Part shown: positions 28,712 to 38,943 of the stretch, piece by piece | How the letters are laid out: each line of letters starts with the position of its first letter | Position numbering within the stretch: position 1 is the stretch's first letter | Source of the DNA: Candidatus Latescibacterota bacterium | GTDB taxonomy: Bacteria > Latescibacterota > UBA2968 > UBA8231 | Assembly (NCBI GenBank): GCA_965203355.1 | Contig: OZ241889.1 | Location: 1,696,001-1,760,000, forward strand | Direction: 5' to 3' | Length of the DNA: 64,000 nucleotides | Notes under the pieces: generated by a model | What the model saw: the letters and a program-made list of their open reading frames with translations, nothing else | The model's database searches: none | What the model was told of the DNA's origin: nothing | Position numbers and translations under genes: made by a program

Positions 28712-29889
28712 TCGGTGCCGTGCCGGATGGCTGAGGCCGCAAAGCGGATCTGAAAGCGATAGACGCGCTTGTGCTGGCAGATAATTTCGTGCGTTTGGGG
28801 ATCGATGCGGTGGGGCACTTCGACGCGGTTGACATCGGCGAGGGCCTGATAGCCGCGCTCGGAAAAGATGTCGATCAGCATGGCCAAGGCCAAAGGATCG
28901 TCAAAGAGCACATCCTCGGAGTTGACGAGCGTCATGCCGGTGATGGCATAGCGAGTGACAATGGGCATGAACTTGAAGTTGACTTTGTCGATGACCCGCT
29001 GAAACAGCTCGGGATGATCCTCGTTGTAGTTCTCCAGCCGCTTGACCAGCTCTTGGCGTGCGTAGAGCACGAGGCGGCTGGCTGGCGTGATGGTGCGGAC
29101 GAGGTCGAAGGTCTTGTGCGAAAGCTCTAGCGAACTCTGGTAGGAAAACTCCTCCTCAATCTCCTGTTGTACCTTGGCGAGTGGCTGGCTGGCGTCGATG
29201 AAGCGAAAGTGGAAAATGGCGCGCAGCGAGCGCAACGCCTCAAAGGTCGTCTCCTTGAAAACTTGGTAGCGCTTACGCGCGGCGGCTGGGTCGAGGTCGG
29301 TGGCGCGAATTTCGGCGAGTTGGCCGACGCCTGACTCGGTGGCCTTGCGGTTGCGCTCTTGGGCCTCCCGACCGCGGTGGAGCTGGCGCTCGACGCTGAC
29401 CTCTTCATCGACGAAGAGCAACACGGTGCGGAAGAGGGGGCGCGGGAAGTTGTTGTTGCGGAATTCCTCGCGCAATTCGGTCATCTTGTCGTAGAACAGC
29501 TTGAGGCATTCGACCTGCACTTGGGTGCGCGGGTAGCCATCGACGATCACGCCGCGCTCGTAGATTGGGTCGAGTAGCTTGTGCAAGAGCAGGTAAGTGA
29601 CCTCCTCGTCGCCGACTAAGCCGCCAGCGTCCTTGATTTGTTGGGCGCGGGGGCTGTCGAGCAAGTCGCTGATCACGATGGCTGCGGCCGTAATGCCCCG
29701 CGCTTCGAGGATGAAGGGGGTATTGGTGCCTTTGCCGGCACCGGGTGCGCCGCCGAGCCAGATGATTTCTCCGGGAAAGCAGAGCTTGGTGCGACCGAAT
29801 TCTTGCTTTAGGTCGCTCCAGACGCGGTCGAAGATCAGGCTGGCGTCCTTGATCTCGAGATCGATGTGTTTGGATTTGGATTTCGCCAT
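28708..29889 (-). CDS. adenylate kinase-like nucleoside monophosphate kinase with C-terminal extension
   Basis: GGAPGAGKGT P-loop, GGLVGD, VDGYPRTQVQ. Confidence 0.8.
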   Translation of the reverse strand: MAKSKSKHIDLEIKDASLIFDRVWSDLKQEFGRTKLCFPGEIIWLGGAPGAGKGTNTPFILEARGITAAAIVISDLLDSPRAQQIKDAGGLVGDEEVTYLLLHKLLDPIYERGVIVDGYPRTQVQVECLKLFYDKMTELREEFRNNNFPRPLFRTVLLFVDEEVSVERQLHRGREAQERNRKATESGVGQLAEIRATDLDPAAARKRYQVFKETTFEALRSLRAIFHFRFIDASQPLAKVQQEIEEEFSYQSSLELSHKTFDLVRTITPASRLVLYARQELVKRLENYNEDHPELFQRVIDKVNFKFMPIVTRYAITGMTLVNSEDVLFDDPLALAMLIDIFSERGYQALADVNRVEVPHRIDPQTHEIICQHKRVYRFQIRFAASAIRHGTD

Positions 29890-29904
29890 GCGCTTGGGCG
29901 GCTG

Positions 29905-30261
29905 CTATAGGCTGCGGAACGGTTCCCTATGGACCAGTTCTTCTACGACTTGCCCGCCGATCAAGTGCTCTTGGATGATGCGTTCCAGCTTTTCGACGGT
30001 CATGGAGTGGTACCAGACGCCTTCGGGATACACCACTACCGTCGGCCCGACCTCGCAGACGCGCAGGCAGTCGGCCTTGGTGCGGTGGATGCCGCCTTGG
30101 CCCGGATGGCCATAGCCCAGTTCGGACAAACGCTTCTTCAGGTATTCCCAGCACTCGGCCCCGGTACCGTCGCTGTGGCACTTGGGCTTGGTGGGCGTGG
30201 CGCAGAGAAAGATGTGGTGCTCAACCGGAGTGTAAGTCGGATCCGTGGCGTGTTCGCTCAT
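29905..30261 (-). CDS. thioredoxin-like [2Fe-2S] ferredoxin
   Basis: [29 protein letters not shown]. Confidence 0.88.
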   Translation of the reverse strand: MSEHATDPTYTPVEHHIFLCATPTKPKCHSDGTGAECWEYLKKRLSELGYGHPGQGGIHRTKADCLRVCEVGPTVVVYPEGVWYHSMTVEKLERIIQEHLIGGQVVEELVHREPFRSL

Positions 30262-30262
30262 G

Positions 30263-31585
30263 TTAGGTCGGCCAGTGCTGGTTGAGGGGGCGATGGGTGA
30301 AGGGACGTGGGGCTGCGCCATTGTAGCCGTCGTAGCTATCGACGATGTGCCCGTCCCCTTCGAGGATGTACTTGTAAATGACCAATCCCTCCAGCCCCAC
30401 CGGGCCGCGGCTGTGCAGGCGGCTGGTGCTGATGCCGACCTCGGCACCTAGCCCGTAGCGGAAGCCATCGGCAAAGCGCGTCGAAGCGTTGTGCATCACC
30501 GAGGCCGAATCTACTCCACGCAAAAAGGCCCTGACCGCGGCTAGGTCCTCGGCGACGATTGCGTCCGTGTGGTTGCTGCCGTATTCGTTGATGTGGGCAA
30601 TCGCCTCGTCGGTGCTATCGACGATCTTAATCGACAGGATGTGGTCGAGATATTCGGTTGACCAGTCGACTTGGGTGGCCGGCGTCACCGCCCCGATGGA
30701 ATCGGCCAGGGCCACGGTACGCGCATCGCCGCGGATCAAAACACCTTTAGCGGTGAGTTGCTCAACCGCCCGCCCCATGAACTGCTCGGCAATAGCGGCG
30801 TGTACCAGCAGGGTCTCCGCTGCATTGCAGGCGGCGACGTACCCGATCTTTGAATCGATGGCTATAGGCACTGCCTTGTCGATGTCGGCACTCTCATCGA
30901 TGTACACGTGGCAGACGCCGTCGGCATGGCCCATCACCGGGATTTTGGTGTGGTTCATGATGTACTGTACGAACTCGTTGCTACCGCGTGGAATGATCAA
31001 GTCAACCAGCCCCTCTTGATCGAGCAGGGCGCGGACTTCTTCGCGGCCTGCCAATAGCACCATCCATCCCTCTGGCAGGATGTCATTAGTGGCTTGGCAC
31101 ATTACCTCGGCGAGGATCTGATTGGTCATCGTGGCCTCGCGTCCTCCCTTGAGTAGGACGGCATTACCCGATTTGAGACACAACGCAGCTATTTGCACCA
31201 AGGCGTCGGGCCGGGATTCAAAGACCACGCCGATGACGCCGATGGGCACGGTTACCCGATAGAGGTAAAGTTGGGCTTGCAACTCGGTCGCCTTCTGCGT
31301 CTGGTTCAATGGGTCGGGCTGGGCAGTGACGCTACGCACCATCTCCACTGTGCTGGCGAATTTGTTCCCGCTTAGGTCGAGCCGCTTGAGCAGGGGAGAG
31401 GCGAGCCCACCTTGCTCGCCGGATTTTAGGTCTTGGGCGTTAGCGGCTAAGATGCGCTCGCGCTGGGCTTCGAGGGCCGCGGCAATGGCTTCGAGCGCTT
31501 GGTTGCGCACCGCCTCAGACGTTGCGGCAAGCACGCGCGATGCAGCGCGGGCCGCTAGGGCTTGTTGGCGCACTGGAGCGGACAT
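30263..31585 (-). CDS. proA: gamma-glutamyl phosphate reductase
   Basis: [47 protein letters not shown]. Confidence 0.96.
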   Translation of the reverse strand: MSAPVRQQALAARAASRVLAATSEAVRNQALEAIAAALEAQRERILAANAQDLKSGEQGGLASPLLKRLDLSGNKFASTVEMVRSVTAQPDPLNQTQKATELQAQLYLYRVTVPIGVIGVVFESRPDALVQIAALCLKSGNAVLLKGGREATMTNQILAEVMCQATNDILPEGWMVLLAGREEVRALLDQEGLVDLIIPRGSNEFVQYIMNHTKIPVMGHADGVCHVYIDESADIDKAVPIAIDSKIGYVAACNAAETLLVHAAIAEQFMGRAVEQLTAKGVLIRGDARTVALADSIGAVTPATQVDWSTEYLDHILSIKIVDSTDEAIAHINEYGSNHTDAIVAEDLAAVRAFLRGVDSASVMHNASTRFADGFRYGLGAEVGISTSRLHSRGPVGLEGLVIYKYILEGDGHIVDSYDGYNGAAPRPFTHRPLNQHWPT

Positions 31586-31587
31586 GT

Positions 31588-33498
31588 CTAGTTCGCCTCG
31601 GCGGCGTGCGCGGTGGCCGCTCCCATGATGGACTGCAAGCTCTGACCCAGCCGCTGTGGGTTTTCGACTGTGCCCTCGCCTAGCAATACGAAGTCAACTA
31701 GAAAATGCGCCCAATTTTCCAGTTGCGCGGAGCCGCGGTCGCGCTTGAGCACGGCGGCCATGTTGCGGATGATTTCGTGCTTGGGGTTGATCTCCAGCCG
31801 CCGCCGATGGCCCTTGAACTCGCGGTCGGCCAGCTTCATCAGCCGCTCCATGTTCTGGCTCAGGCCGCCCGGCGGAGCGACCAAGACGCAAGGGCTATCG
31901 GTCAGGCGCTTGGACTCGACCACGTCTGCGACCCGGCCTTCGAGTTGCTTTTTTAGGAAGCTGATCAACTCGATGGTCTCGGCTTTCTGCTCCTCATCGA
32001 CGCCTGCGAGCTGGACCTCCTCGGCGTCAGCACCCAAGTCGAGGTCTGCCGCGTCAACGGCCTGAAACTCCTTGTCGGCGAATTTTTGTAGGCCGTGAAC
32101 CACCCACTCATCGACCGGCTCGTCCATGTAGAGCACTTCCAAGCTGCGCTTGCGAAAGGTCTCCAACAGCGGACTCTGAGCGATGGATTCCTTGCTCTCG
32201 CCGGCTAGGTAGTAAATTTTTTCTTGCTCGCTCTGCATTCGGTCGATATAGGTCTGCAGGGAGACGTAGGTGTCGACGTCGTCTTCCAGCGAGGAGTGAA
32301 AGCGCAAGAGCTTGGCCAGCGCCCCCTTGTGCTCGCCATCCATGGCTACCCCTTCCTTGAGCAAGGCGCCGTAAGCGCGCCAGAACGTCAGGTACTGGTC
32401 GTCGTCCCGTTTGGCCATGCCCTCGATCATGCCGACGATCCGCCGCACCAAGGTGGCGCGAATTTTGGCGATGATCGGGTTTTGTTGCAGGGTCTCGCGC
32501 GAAACATTGAGCGGCAGGTCGTCGCAGTCGACCACCCCGCGCACAAAGCGCAGCCACAGCGGCAGCAGGTCCTTGCAGTCGTCTTGGATGAAGACCCGCT
32601 TGACGTGTAGATTGAGCGAGACTTTCGGCTCTGAATTGACTTGCCACGGCATCGGCGAGTGCTGGGGAATGTAGAGTACGGCGTAAAACTGAATCGGCAC
32701 ATCGACGATTACGTGCTCGTGCGCCAACGGCTCATCCGGGTCGCCGGTTAGATGCGTGTAGAATTCGCGGTACTGCGCGTCGGTGATTTCGTTGCGCGGC
32801 CGGGTCCACAGCGCGGCGGTGTCGTTGACCTGCTTGCTGGCGACCTTGATCGGATAGGACACAAAGTCGGAGTGCTTGCGGATAATCGCTTCTAATCGGT
32901 GGGCGTCGAGGAATTCCTCGCAGTCCGAGCGGATGTAGAGCTTGATTTCCGTGCCCCGGTCCGCTTTGTCGGCATGGGCCAACGCGTACGTGCCATCGCC
33001 GGTGGATTCCCACAGCACGGCCTCGGCATCTGGGTCGGCCGAGCGCGTGGTAAGCACCACTCGGTTGGCGACCATGAAGACCGAGTAAAAGCCCACCCCG
33101 AATTGGCCGATTAGCTTGAGCTTTTCTTGCTCGTCATCGGCATCGGCTAGTTGTTTGGCAAATTCGGCCGAGCCGGAGCGGGCGATGGTGCCGATGTTGT
33201 TTTCGACCTCGGCGCGCGTCATGCCGATCCCCCGGTCGCGGATCGTCAGGGTCTTGTTGCTGCTCGACACCTCGATCTCCAGGTCCAATTCGGCGTCTGG
33301 GTCGCGGATGTTGCGGTCGGTCAGCGAGCGATGGTGGATTTTGTCCAGCGCGTCCGAGGCGTTGGAAATCAGCTCGCGCAAGAAAATTTCTTTTTGGGTG
33401 TACAGCGAGTGAACCAACAGGTGGAGGAGCTGTTGGACCTCGGTTTGGAAGGCCCGTTTTTCAACGTGCGGGCCTTCGGTTTGGGCGTCTGCGGACAT
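31588..33498 (-). CDS. htpG: molecular chaperone HtpG (Hsp90)
   Basis: FLRELISNASDA, GTIARSG, IGQFGVGFYS, LPLNVSRE. Confidence 0.96.
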   Translation of the reverse strand: MSADAQTEGPHVEKRAFQTEVQQLLHLLVHSLYTQKEIFLRELISNASDALDKIHHRSLTDRNIRDPDAELDLEIEVSSSNKTLTIRDRGIGMTRAEVENNIGTIARSGSAEFAKQLADADDEQEKLKLIGQFGVGFYSVFMVANRVVLTTRSADPDAEAVLWESTGDGTYALAHADKADRGTEIKLYIRSDCEEFLDAHRLEAIIRKHSDFVSYPIKVASKQVNDTAALWTRPRNEITDAQYREFYTHLTGDPDEPLAHEHVIVDVPIQFYAVLYIPQHSPMPWQVNSEPKVSLNLHVKRVFIQDDCKDLLPLWLRFVRGVVDCDDLPLNVSRETLQQNPIIAKIRATLVRRIVGMIEGMAKRDDDQYLTFWRAYGALLKEGVAMDGEHKGALAKLLRFHSSLEDDVDTYVSLQTYIDRMQSEQEKIYYLAGESKESIAQSPLLETFRKRSLEVLYMDEPVDEWVVHGLQKFADKEFQAVDAADLDLGADAEEVQLAGVDEEQKAETIELISFLKKQLEGRVADVVESKRLTDSPCVLVAPPGGLSQNMERLMKLADREFKGHRRRLEINPKHEIIRNMAAVLKRDRGSAQLENWAHFLVDFVLLGEGTVENPQRLGQSLQSIMGAATAHAAEAN

Positions 33499-33617
33499 CG
33501 CGTTGCGGCTCCTTTGGCATGGCATTGACAAAGCTAAATAAGGTAAGGAAGATCACTTGCAAAGCAAATTCGCCCGCGCCCTTGTAGCGCGGACCGGACG
33601 GGCTATTTTCTGGCCAC

Positions 33618-34859
33618 ATGCAAACGTACGATCTCATCATCGTCGGTGGGGGGCCGGCTGGTGCCACAGCCGCGTTGTATGCAGAGCGCCACGGGCTGGC
33701 GGCTCTGTTGCTGGACAAGCAGTGCTTCCCCCGCGACAAGGTCTGCGGCGACGCCCTCTCCGGCAAGACGGTGGCCATCCTCCACGAGTTGGGGCTGTTT
33801 GAGGAAGTGGGCGCTCTGCCTGGGGCGGCCATTGCCCGCATTGTCTTCGGCAGCCCAGACGCAACCGCTGCTTCCATCGACCTGAGTCGCTACGACCTGC
33901 ACAATGCCCTGACGGGTCGGGTGCTGCCGATGGAGGGTTTTGTCATCCGCCGCGCGGTTTTCGACGACTTTCTCTTTGCAAAAGCGCAGGCCGCGGCCGC
34001 CCACACCTTAGCGGGTTTTGCCGTGCGCGAGCTGCTGAGAGACGGCGAGCAGGTCTGCGGGGTGCGGGGGCGTAGCGCGGACGGCACGCACTTAGAGTTT
34101 TGTGCGCCCTTGGTGTTGGGGTGCGATGGCTTCAACTCGGTCGTCGCCCGCCAGAGCGGGTTGTACCGCCACGAAGGCCGCGATTGGATGGTCGCTTTGC
34201 GGCAATACTTCGAGGGCGTAGCGGGCCTGAGCGATCAGATCGAATTGCACTTTATAGACGAAGTGCGGCCCGGATATTTTTGGATATTTCCGCTAGAGGG
34301 CAACCGCGCCAATGTGGGCATCGGCATGGACCATCGAGACATCAAAGCACGCGGCATCGATCTCAAGGACGCGCTGGCCGCCGCGGTGGCCAGCGCGACC
34401 TTTGGTGCCCGCTTCCGCGACGCCCGCCCCCTCGAAGCTCCAGTCGGCTGGAATTTGCCGGTTGGATCGCGGCGGCGACCAGCGCACGGCAATGGCTTTC
34501 TGCTTTTGGGCGACGCAGCCGGGCTGATCGATCCGTTCACGGGCGAGGGCATTGGCAATGCCCTGTACTCGGCCCGCTTTGCCGCGGAGACGGCGGCTCA
34601 AGCCCGGGCGGCGGGCGATTATTCGGCTGGCTTTTTGCGCCGCTATGAAGATCGGCTGTGGGACGCGCTGGGCAGCGAGCTAAAGCTGAGCACCAAGCTG
34701 CACCATTTGGGCCGCTGGCCCTACCTGATGAACTTGGTCCTTCGCAAGGCCGCCAACAAGGCCGAGGTCAGCGACCTGATCTGCGGCATGATGGCCGACG
34801 CCGTGCCGCGCAAGATGCTGACGAATCCGCTGTTTTACCTCCGGCTGCTGTGGAAATAG
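33618..34859 (+). CDS. geranylgeranyl reductase family FAD oxidoreductase
   Basis: GGGPAG, FPRDKVCGD, GYFWIFP, GDAAGLIDPFTGEGI. Confidence 0.88.
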   Translation: MQTYDLIIVGGGPAGATAALYAERHGLAALLLDKQCFPRDKVCGDALSGKTVAILHELGLFEEVGALPGAAIARIVFGSPDATAASIDLSRYDLHNALTGRVLPMEGFVIRRAVFDDFLFAKAQAAAAHTLAGFAVRELLRDGEQVCGVRGRSADGTHLEFCAPLVLGCDGFNSVVARQSGLYRHEGRDWMVALRQYFEGVAGLSDQIELHFIDEVRPGYFWIFPLEGNRANVGIGMDHRDIKARGIDLKDALAAAVASATFGARFRDARPLEAPVGWNLPVGSRRRPAHGNGFLLLGDAAGLIDPFTGEGIGNALYSARFAAETAAQARAAGDYSAGFLRRYEDRLWDALGSELKLSTKLHHLGRWPYLMNLVLRKAANKAEVSDLICGMMADAVPRKMLTNPLFYLRLLWK

Positions 34860-34877
34860 GCGTTAGATCGTCGTGGG

Positions 34878-34943
34878 AAGATTCCCGCCAGCGACCTCGC
34901 TGTGGCGCGATCTAGACTAACGATACTCCGGGAGGCACGATGA
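34878..34943 (+). pseudogene. C-terminal remnant of a RelE/HigB (Gp49-like) toxin
   Basis: KIPASDLAVARSRLTILREAR*, stop overlaps antitoxin start (ATGA); no start codon. Confidence 0.6.
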
Positions 34944-35218
34944 AAAAACATGTCGGTAGCGATTTTGATGAGTTCCTCGCAGGTGAGGAACTGCTCAGTG
35001 AAGCAGAGGCAACGGCTGTGAAGCGCGTTATTGCCTATCAGTTGAGTCAGTTCATGGAGGAAAACAAGCTGTCCAAATCGGCGATGGCCAAGCGCATGCA
35101 AACCAGTCGATCGGCGCTGGATCGCCTGCTTGATGAGTCCAATCCCTCTGTAACGTTACAGACCATGGACCGCGCAGCGCGGGCACTGGGCAAAAAGCTC
35201 CGCATCGAGCTAAGCTGA
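34940..35218 (+). CDS. XRE-family HTH antitoxin (HigA-like), orphan
   Basis: HVGSDFDEFL, AVKRVIAYQL, MAKRMQTSRSALDRLLD..NPSVTL. Confidence 0.85.
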   Translation: MKKHVGSDFDEFLAGEELLSEAEATAVKRVIAYQLSQFMEENKLSKSAMAKRMQTSRSALDRLLDESNPSVTLQTMDRAARALGKKLRIELS

Positions 35219-35235
35219 TTGCGCTTGGCGATCAG

Positions 35236-35269
35236 CCACTGACCACTGACCACTGACCACTGACCACTG
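35236..35269. repeat. heptamer tandem repeat (CCACTGA)x~5 flanked by 31-bp direct repeats (35199-35229, 35272-35302)
   Basis: Directly visible; flanks TCCGCATCGAGCT[A/G]AGCTGATTGCGCTTGGC. Confidence 0.9.
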
Positions 35270-35319
35270 TATCCGCATCGAGCTGAGCTGATTGCGCTTG
35301 GCTGCTGTGGCAGTAGGCG

Positions 35320-36126
35320 TTAGATCGTCGTCGCCAAAAATCCCCCGTCGACGCGGATATCCGAGCCGGTGACGAAACCGCTGGCCGCGCTCGAGGCGAG
35401 GAACACCGCTGCGCCGACCAGTTCCTCCGGGCGGCCAAAGCGGTTCATGGGGGTGTGGGAGAGGATTTGTTGGCCGCGCTCGGTCGGGGTACCGTCGTTT
35501 TCAAAGAGCAAGCGGCGGTTTTGCTCGGCCGGGAAAAAGCCCGGAGTGATGGAGTTGACCCGCACGCCTTTGTCGGCCCACTCCCGCGCGAGGAATTGCG
35601 TTAGATTCAAAACGGCTGCTTTGGCCGCGGAGTACGCCACCACCCGCGAAACCGGCAGGTGGGCGGCGACCGAGGCGATGTTGATGATGCTGCCCCGGCC
35701 CCGGGCGACCATGGCCGCGCCGAATTCTTGGCAGGGCAACAGCGCACCAGCCCCCAAGTTCAAGTCGAAACAACGCTGCCAATCGTCGGTTGCTATCGCG
35801 GCAAACTCTAGATCGTCGTTTAGGGTTACTTGTGGCTGATTACCGCCCGCGGCGTTGAGTAGCACGCCGACGGGACCCAATGCCACGCCGACCGCTTCGT
35901 GGGCGGCGTTGAGCGACGCCTTGTCCGTGGCGTCGCAGGCCGCAAAAACGCCCGTGCCGCCTGCGGCCTCTATCGCCGCTACGCGCTGGTGCCCCCGGTC
36001 GCGGTCGCGTCCCAATACCGCTACCGAGGCGCCGGCCGCGGCCAATCCCTCGGCCATCGCTCCGCCCAATACGCCGGTGCCACCGATGACTACGGCTACC
36101 TCGCCGTGCAAAATCCCTTGACTCAT
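35320..36126 (-). CDS. SDR family oxidoreductase (D-mannonate/gluconate oxidoreductase-like)
   Basis: GGTGVLG, NAAGGN, YSAAKAA, PGFFPAEQNR. Confidence 0.88.
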   Translation of the reverse strand: MSQGILHGEVAVVIGGTGVLGGAMAEGLAAAGASVAVLGRDRDRGHQRVAAIEAAGGTGVFAACDATDKASLNAAHEAVGVALGPVGVLLNAAGGNQPQVTLNDDLEFAAIATDDWQRCFDLNLGAGALLPCQEFGAAMVARGRGSIINIASVAAHLPVSRVVAYSAAKAAVLNLTQFLAREWADKGVRVNSITPGFFPAEQNRRLLFENDGTPTERGQQILSHTPMNRFGRPEELVGAAVFLASSAASGFVTGSDIRVDGGFLATTI

Positions 36127-36127
36127 T

Positions 36128-36835
36128 TCAATACCCCAGTGCTTTAGATAATAGTCCAATAGTGCCGCCGAACACATTGCCCCAGACGATTAGCCAGCCG
36201 AGGTGTGCGCGGATTACTTCCTCCATCATCTCCTTGACGCGGTTGGGCGTCAACTCCGCTAGCTTGGCCTCTAGCAGCCCGTCAATCTGCGCCCGCATTG
36301 CTCCGACTTCCGTACCCGCTCCGCGCGCCAAAAGCGGCCCGAGCTCGCTCCCGAACCCGAGCGCGAACTGCTTGACCAACGGCTTGACCGCCTGCGTCCC
36401 CACCAACTGGAGCATCATGCCTTGCGGCGATTCCGCCAACTCTTCGAGCTTGCGGTCGATGATTGCGTCAACCTCGGCGGAGGCTAGCGCCTTTTGCACC
36501 TTTGCTTCCACGTCGTCTCCGGCCATCCGCTCGGCGAAGAATCGCTCGAGGTACTCCTCGTCGAAGAAGTAGCGCATGATGGCGTCTTTGACCGCTTCGC
36601 GGATCGCGCGAAATCGCGCCGGGATCACCCCGGACCCGTATAGCAGGGGGACGCGGTCGAAGAGCATCTTTACGGCCAACCAGTTGGTCGCGCCGCCGGC
36701 AAAGCCAAACAACCCAACCGCTAGCACCCATTCGCTGCCATTGATTCCCGCCACGCGCCCCCAGAGGCCGGCCGCCAACAGGGCGAACGAAATCAAGTTG
36801 CTGACGTGGCCCTTTTCCCAACGCGATTTTGTCAT
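36128..36835 (-). CDS. DUF445-like membrane protein
   Basis: GGATNWLAVKMLF...GSGVIP; HLGWLIVWGNVFGG. Confidence 0.8.
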   Translation of the reverse strand: MTKSRWEKGHVSNLISFALLAAGLWGRVAGINGSEWVLAVGLFGFAGGATNWLAVKMLFDRVPLLYGSGVIPARFRAIREAVKDAIMRYFFDEEYLERFFAERMAGDDVEAKVQKALASAEVDAIIDRKLEELAESPQGMMLQLVGTQAVKPLVKQFALGFGSELGPLLARGAGTEVGAMRAQIDGLLEAKLAELTPNRVKEMMEEVIRAHLGWLIVWGNVFGGTIGLLSKALGY

Positions 36836-36840
36836 TGAAC

Positions 36841-37935
36841 TTACCGCGCTGTTTTCGTCTTCTGATTGTCCGCGTGCCGCTCGAGTGCCAACTGGACCAA
36901 TCGGTCGATCAACGCGCCGTAGCTCACGCCGCTCGCCTCCCACAGTTTGGGATACATGCTGATGGGCGTAAACCCCGGCATGGTGTTGATCTCGTTGACG
37001 AAAATCGCCTCGTCGCTTTCGCGCACGAAGAAGTCCACCCGCGCCAATCCCCAGGCTTCCACGGCCTGAAAGGCCCGGAGGCCCAACGCGCGCACGGCCT
37101 CTTGGGTAGCGGGCGAGATGCGAGCTGGAATGATCAGCGCGGAATTATCGTCGATGTATTTGGCGTTGTAGTCGTAAAAGTCGTTGCCCGGCACGATCTC
37201 GCCGGCGATGGACGCGGCGGGCGACTCGTTGCCCAAAATCGCCACCTCGACCTCGCGGCAGCCGCTCGCTTCGGCCTCGACCGCGATCTTGTAGTCGTAT
37301 TGCGCTGCTTCGTCGATGGCCTGCTCCAACTCGGCGCGATCGCGGGCTCTGCTCACGCCGACGCTCGAACCGAGATTCGCCGGCTTGACGAAGACGGGAT
37401 AGTCCAGCGCGGCTTCGATTTCGGCGCGCACCCCGGCGCGGTCTTTTTCCCAACGGCTGCGCCGCACCACTTGGTAGGCCACCTGCGGTAGGCCTTCGGC
37501 TTTGAAAACCCGCTTCATCATCTCCTTGTCCATGCCTACGGCCGAGCCGACGACGCCGGCCCCCACATAGGCAATGTTGGCCAGTTCCATCAGGCCCTGC
37601 ACGGTGCCGTCCTCGCCGTAAGGGCCGTGAAGGAGCGGGAAGATCACGTCGAGCGGTTGGTCCGGCCCGTCGCCTTGCCGCGCCACGAGCGAGCGCGTCC
37701 CCAGATAGTCGAGTGCCACGGGCGTTAGCCCGTCTTCGCGGACCTGACTGGACGCCAGAAGTTGCTGCGTGTCCGCGGCCGACAGCCAGCGTCCTTCCTT
37801 GGAGATGCCGATCATCACCAGTTCGTACTGGTCCTCGTCGATGGCTTCCAACATTGAGCGCGCCGAAATCACCGAGACCTCGTGTTCGGCCGAGCGCCCG
37901 CCGCAGAGCACACCGAGGCGTATCTTGCGACCCAT
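36841..37935 (-). CDS. ddl: D-alanine--D-alanine ligase
   Basis: GGRSAEHEVS, LHGPYGEDG, KPANLGSSVG, EINTMPGFT. Confidence 0.96.
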   Translation of the reverse strand: MGRKIRLGVLCGGRSAEHEVSVISARSMLEAIDEDQYELVMIGISKEGRWLSAADTQQLLASSQVREDGLTPVALDYLGTRSLVARQGDGPDQPLDVIFPLLHGPYGEDGTVQGLMELANIAYVGAGVVGSAVGMDKEMMKRVFKAEGLPQVAYQVVRRSRWEKDRAGVRAEIEAALDYPVFVKPANLGSSVGVSRARDRAELEQAIDEAAQYDYKIAVEAEASGCREVEVAILGNESPAASIAGEIVPGNDFYDYNAKYIDDNSALIIPARISPATQEAVRALGLRAFQAVEAWGLARVDFFVRESDEAIFVNEINTMPGFTPISMYPKLWEASGVSYGALIDRLVQLALERHADNQKTKTAR

Positions 37936-38098
37936 GTATTGCTGTTCCTTCGGTTAAGTTGCGCGTATAATGCCTCTGCCAAAATATAGAAGGGCGGCTG
38001 AAGACTGTCGAGCAACAGCAACTTGCCCCGGCAGCGCACATTGTGTATTTCTTCCGGCGTTCTCGTGCGCTGAGCCTACTTCAAAGGAGCGAATTGCC

Positions 38099-38929
38099 GT
38101 GAAATACCGCTACGCTGAAATGATTTGGAACGAGACCCGGGACGCCGCGGCCGCGGGTCGCGTCGCCGTGTTGCCCGTTGCCACCCACGAAGACCACGGC
38201 CCGCATCTGCCGGTGGATACGGACGTAGTGCTGTGCCACGGCATTTGCGAGCGCGCCGTGGCCCGCATCCCAGCGGAGGCCGTACTCGCTCCGCCCGTCA
38301 CCCACGGCTACAGCCCGCACCACATGGATTTCCACGGCACCCTGACCATTGCGTGGGACACCTTTATCCGCTACGTCAAGGACGTGTGTTGCAGCTTGGC
38401 CCACCACGGCTTTGAGCGCATCCTCATCGTCAATGGGCACGGCTCCAACACCTCGCCGCTCGACCTAGCAGCCCGCCTCACCGTCCTCGAATACGAAGGC
38501 CAGATCCTTTGTGCTTCGGTCAATCACTGGGACATACGCCGCGTCAAGACCGTGGGTAGCCAACTGCGAGACTCGGACTACGGCGGCACCTCGCACGCTG
38601 GCGAATACGAGACCTCGCTTTACTTGGCGCTCAAGCCGGAACTCGTCGAAATGGACAAGGCCGTCGCCGAGCGCTCGCCCTTGTCGCCGAGCTTCCGCAC
38701 CGATTTGTTGGCCGGTACGCATCCCGAGGGATCGGGTGCGCGGCTGATACCGTACTGGAGCCAGCAGACGGCCAGCGGCGTACTGGGCGACGCGACGAAG
38801 GCCACCCGGGAAAAGGGCGAGAAATTTTTAGCAGCGGCGACTGAGGGGCTTGTAGAGCTAATCCGCGAACTGAAGAATCAGCCGATCCTGCCGCGCCGCG
38901 ATCAGCATGGCCGCGAAGCGCGTGTTTGA
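38099..38929 (+). CDS. creatininase family protein
   Basis: EDHGPHLPVDTD, NGHGSN, HAGEYETS. Confidence 0.88.
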   Translation: MKYRYAEMIWNETRDAAAAGRVAVLPVATHEDHGPHLPVDTDVVLCHGICERAVARIPAEAVLAPPVTHGYSPHHMDFHGTLTIAWDTFIRYVKDVCCSLAHHGFERILIVNGHGSNTSPLDLAARLTVLEYEGQILCASVNHWDIRRVKTVGSQLRDSDYGGTSHAGEYETSLYLALKPELVEMDKAVAERSPLSPSFRTDLLAGTHPEGSGARLIPYWSQQTASGVLGDATKATREKGEKFLAAATEGLVELIRELKNQPILPRRDQHGREARV

Positions 38930-38943
38930 ATGAGGAGCTTCTA

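Larger units (their letters stand above)
34843..35331. repeat. 32-bp direct repeats (34843-34874 and 35300-35331) flanking a 425-bp insert
   Basis: GGCTGCTGTGG[AAA/CAG]TAGGCGTTAGATCGTCGT, 2 mismatches; contains the stop codons of both convergent flanking genes. Confidence 0.85.
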
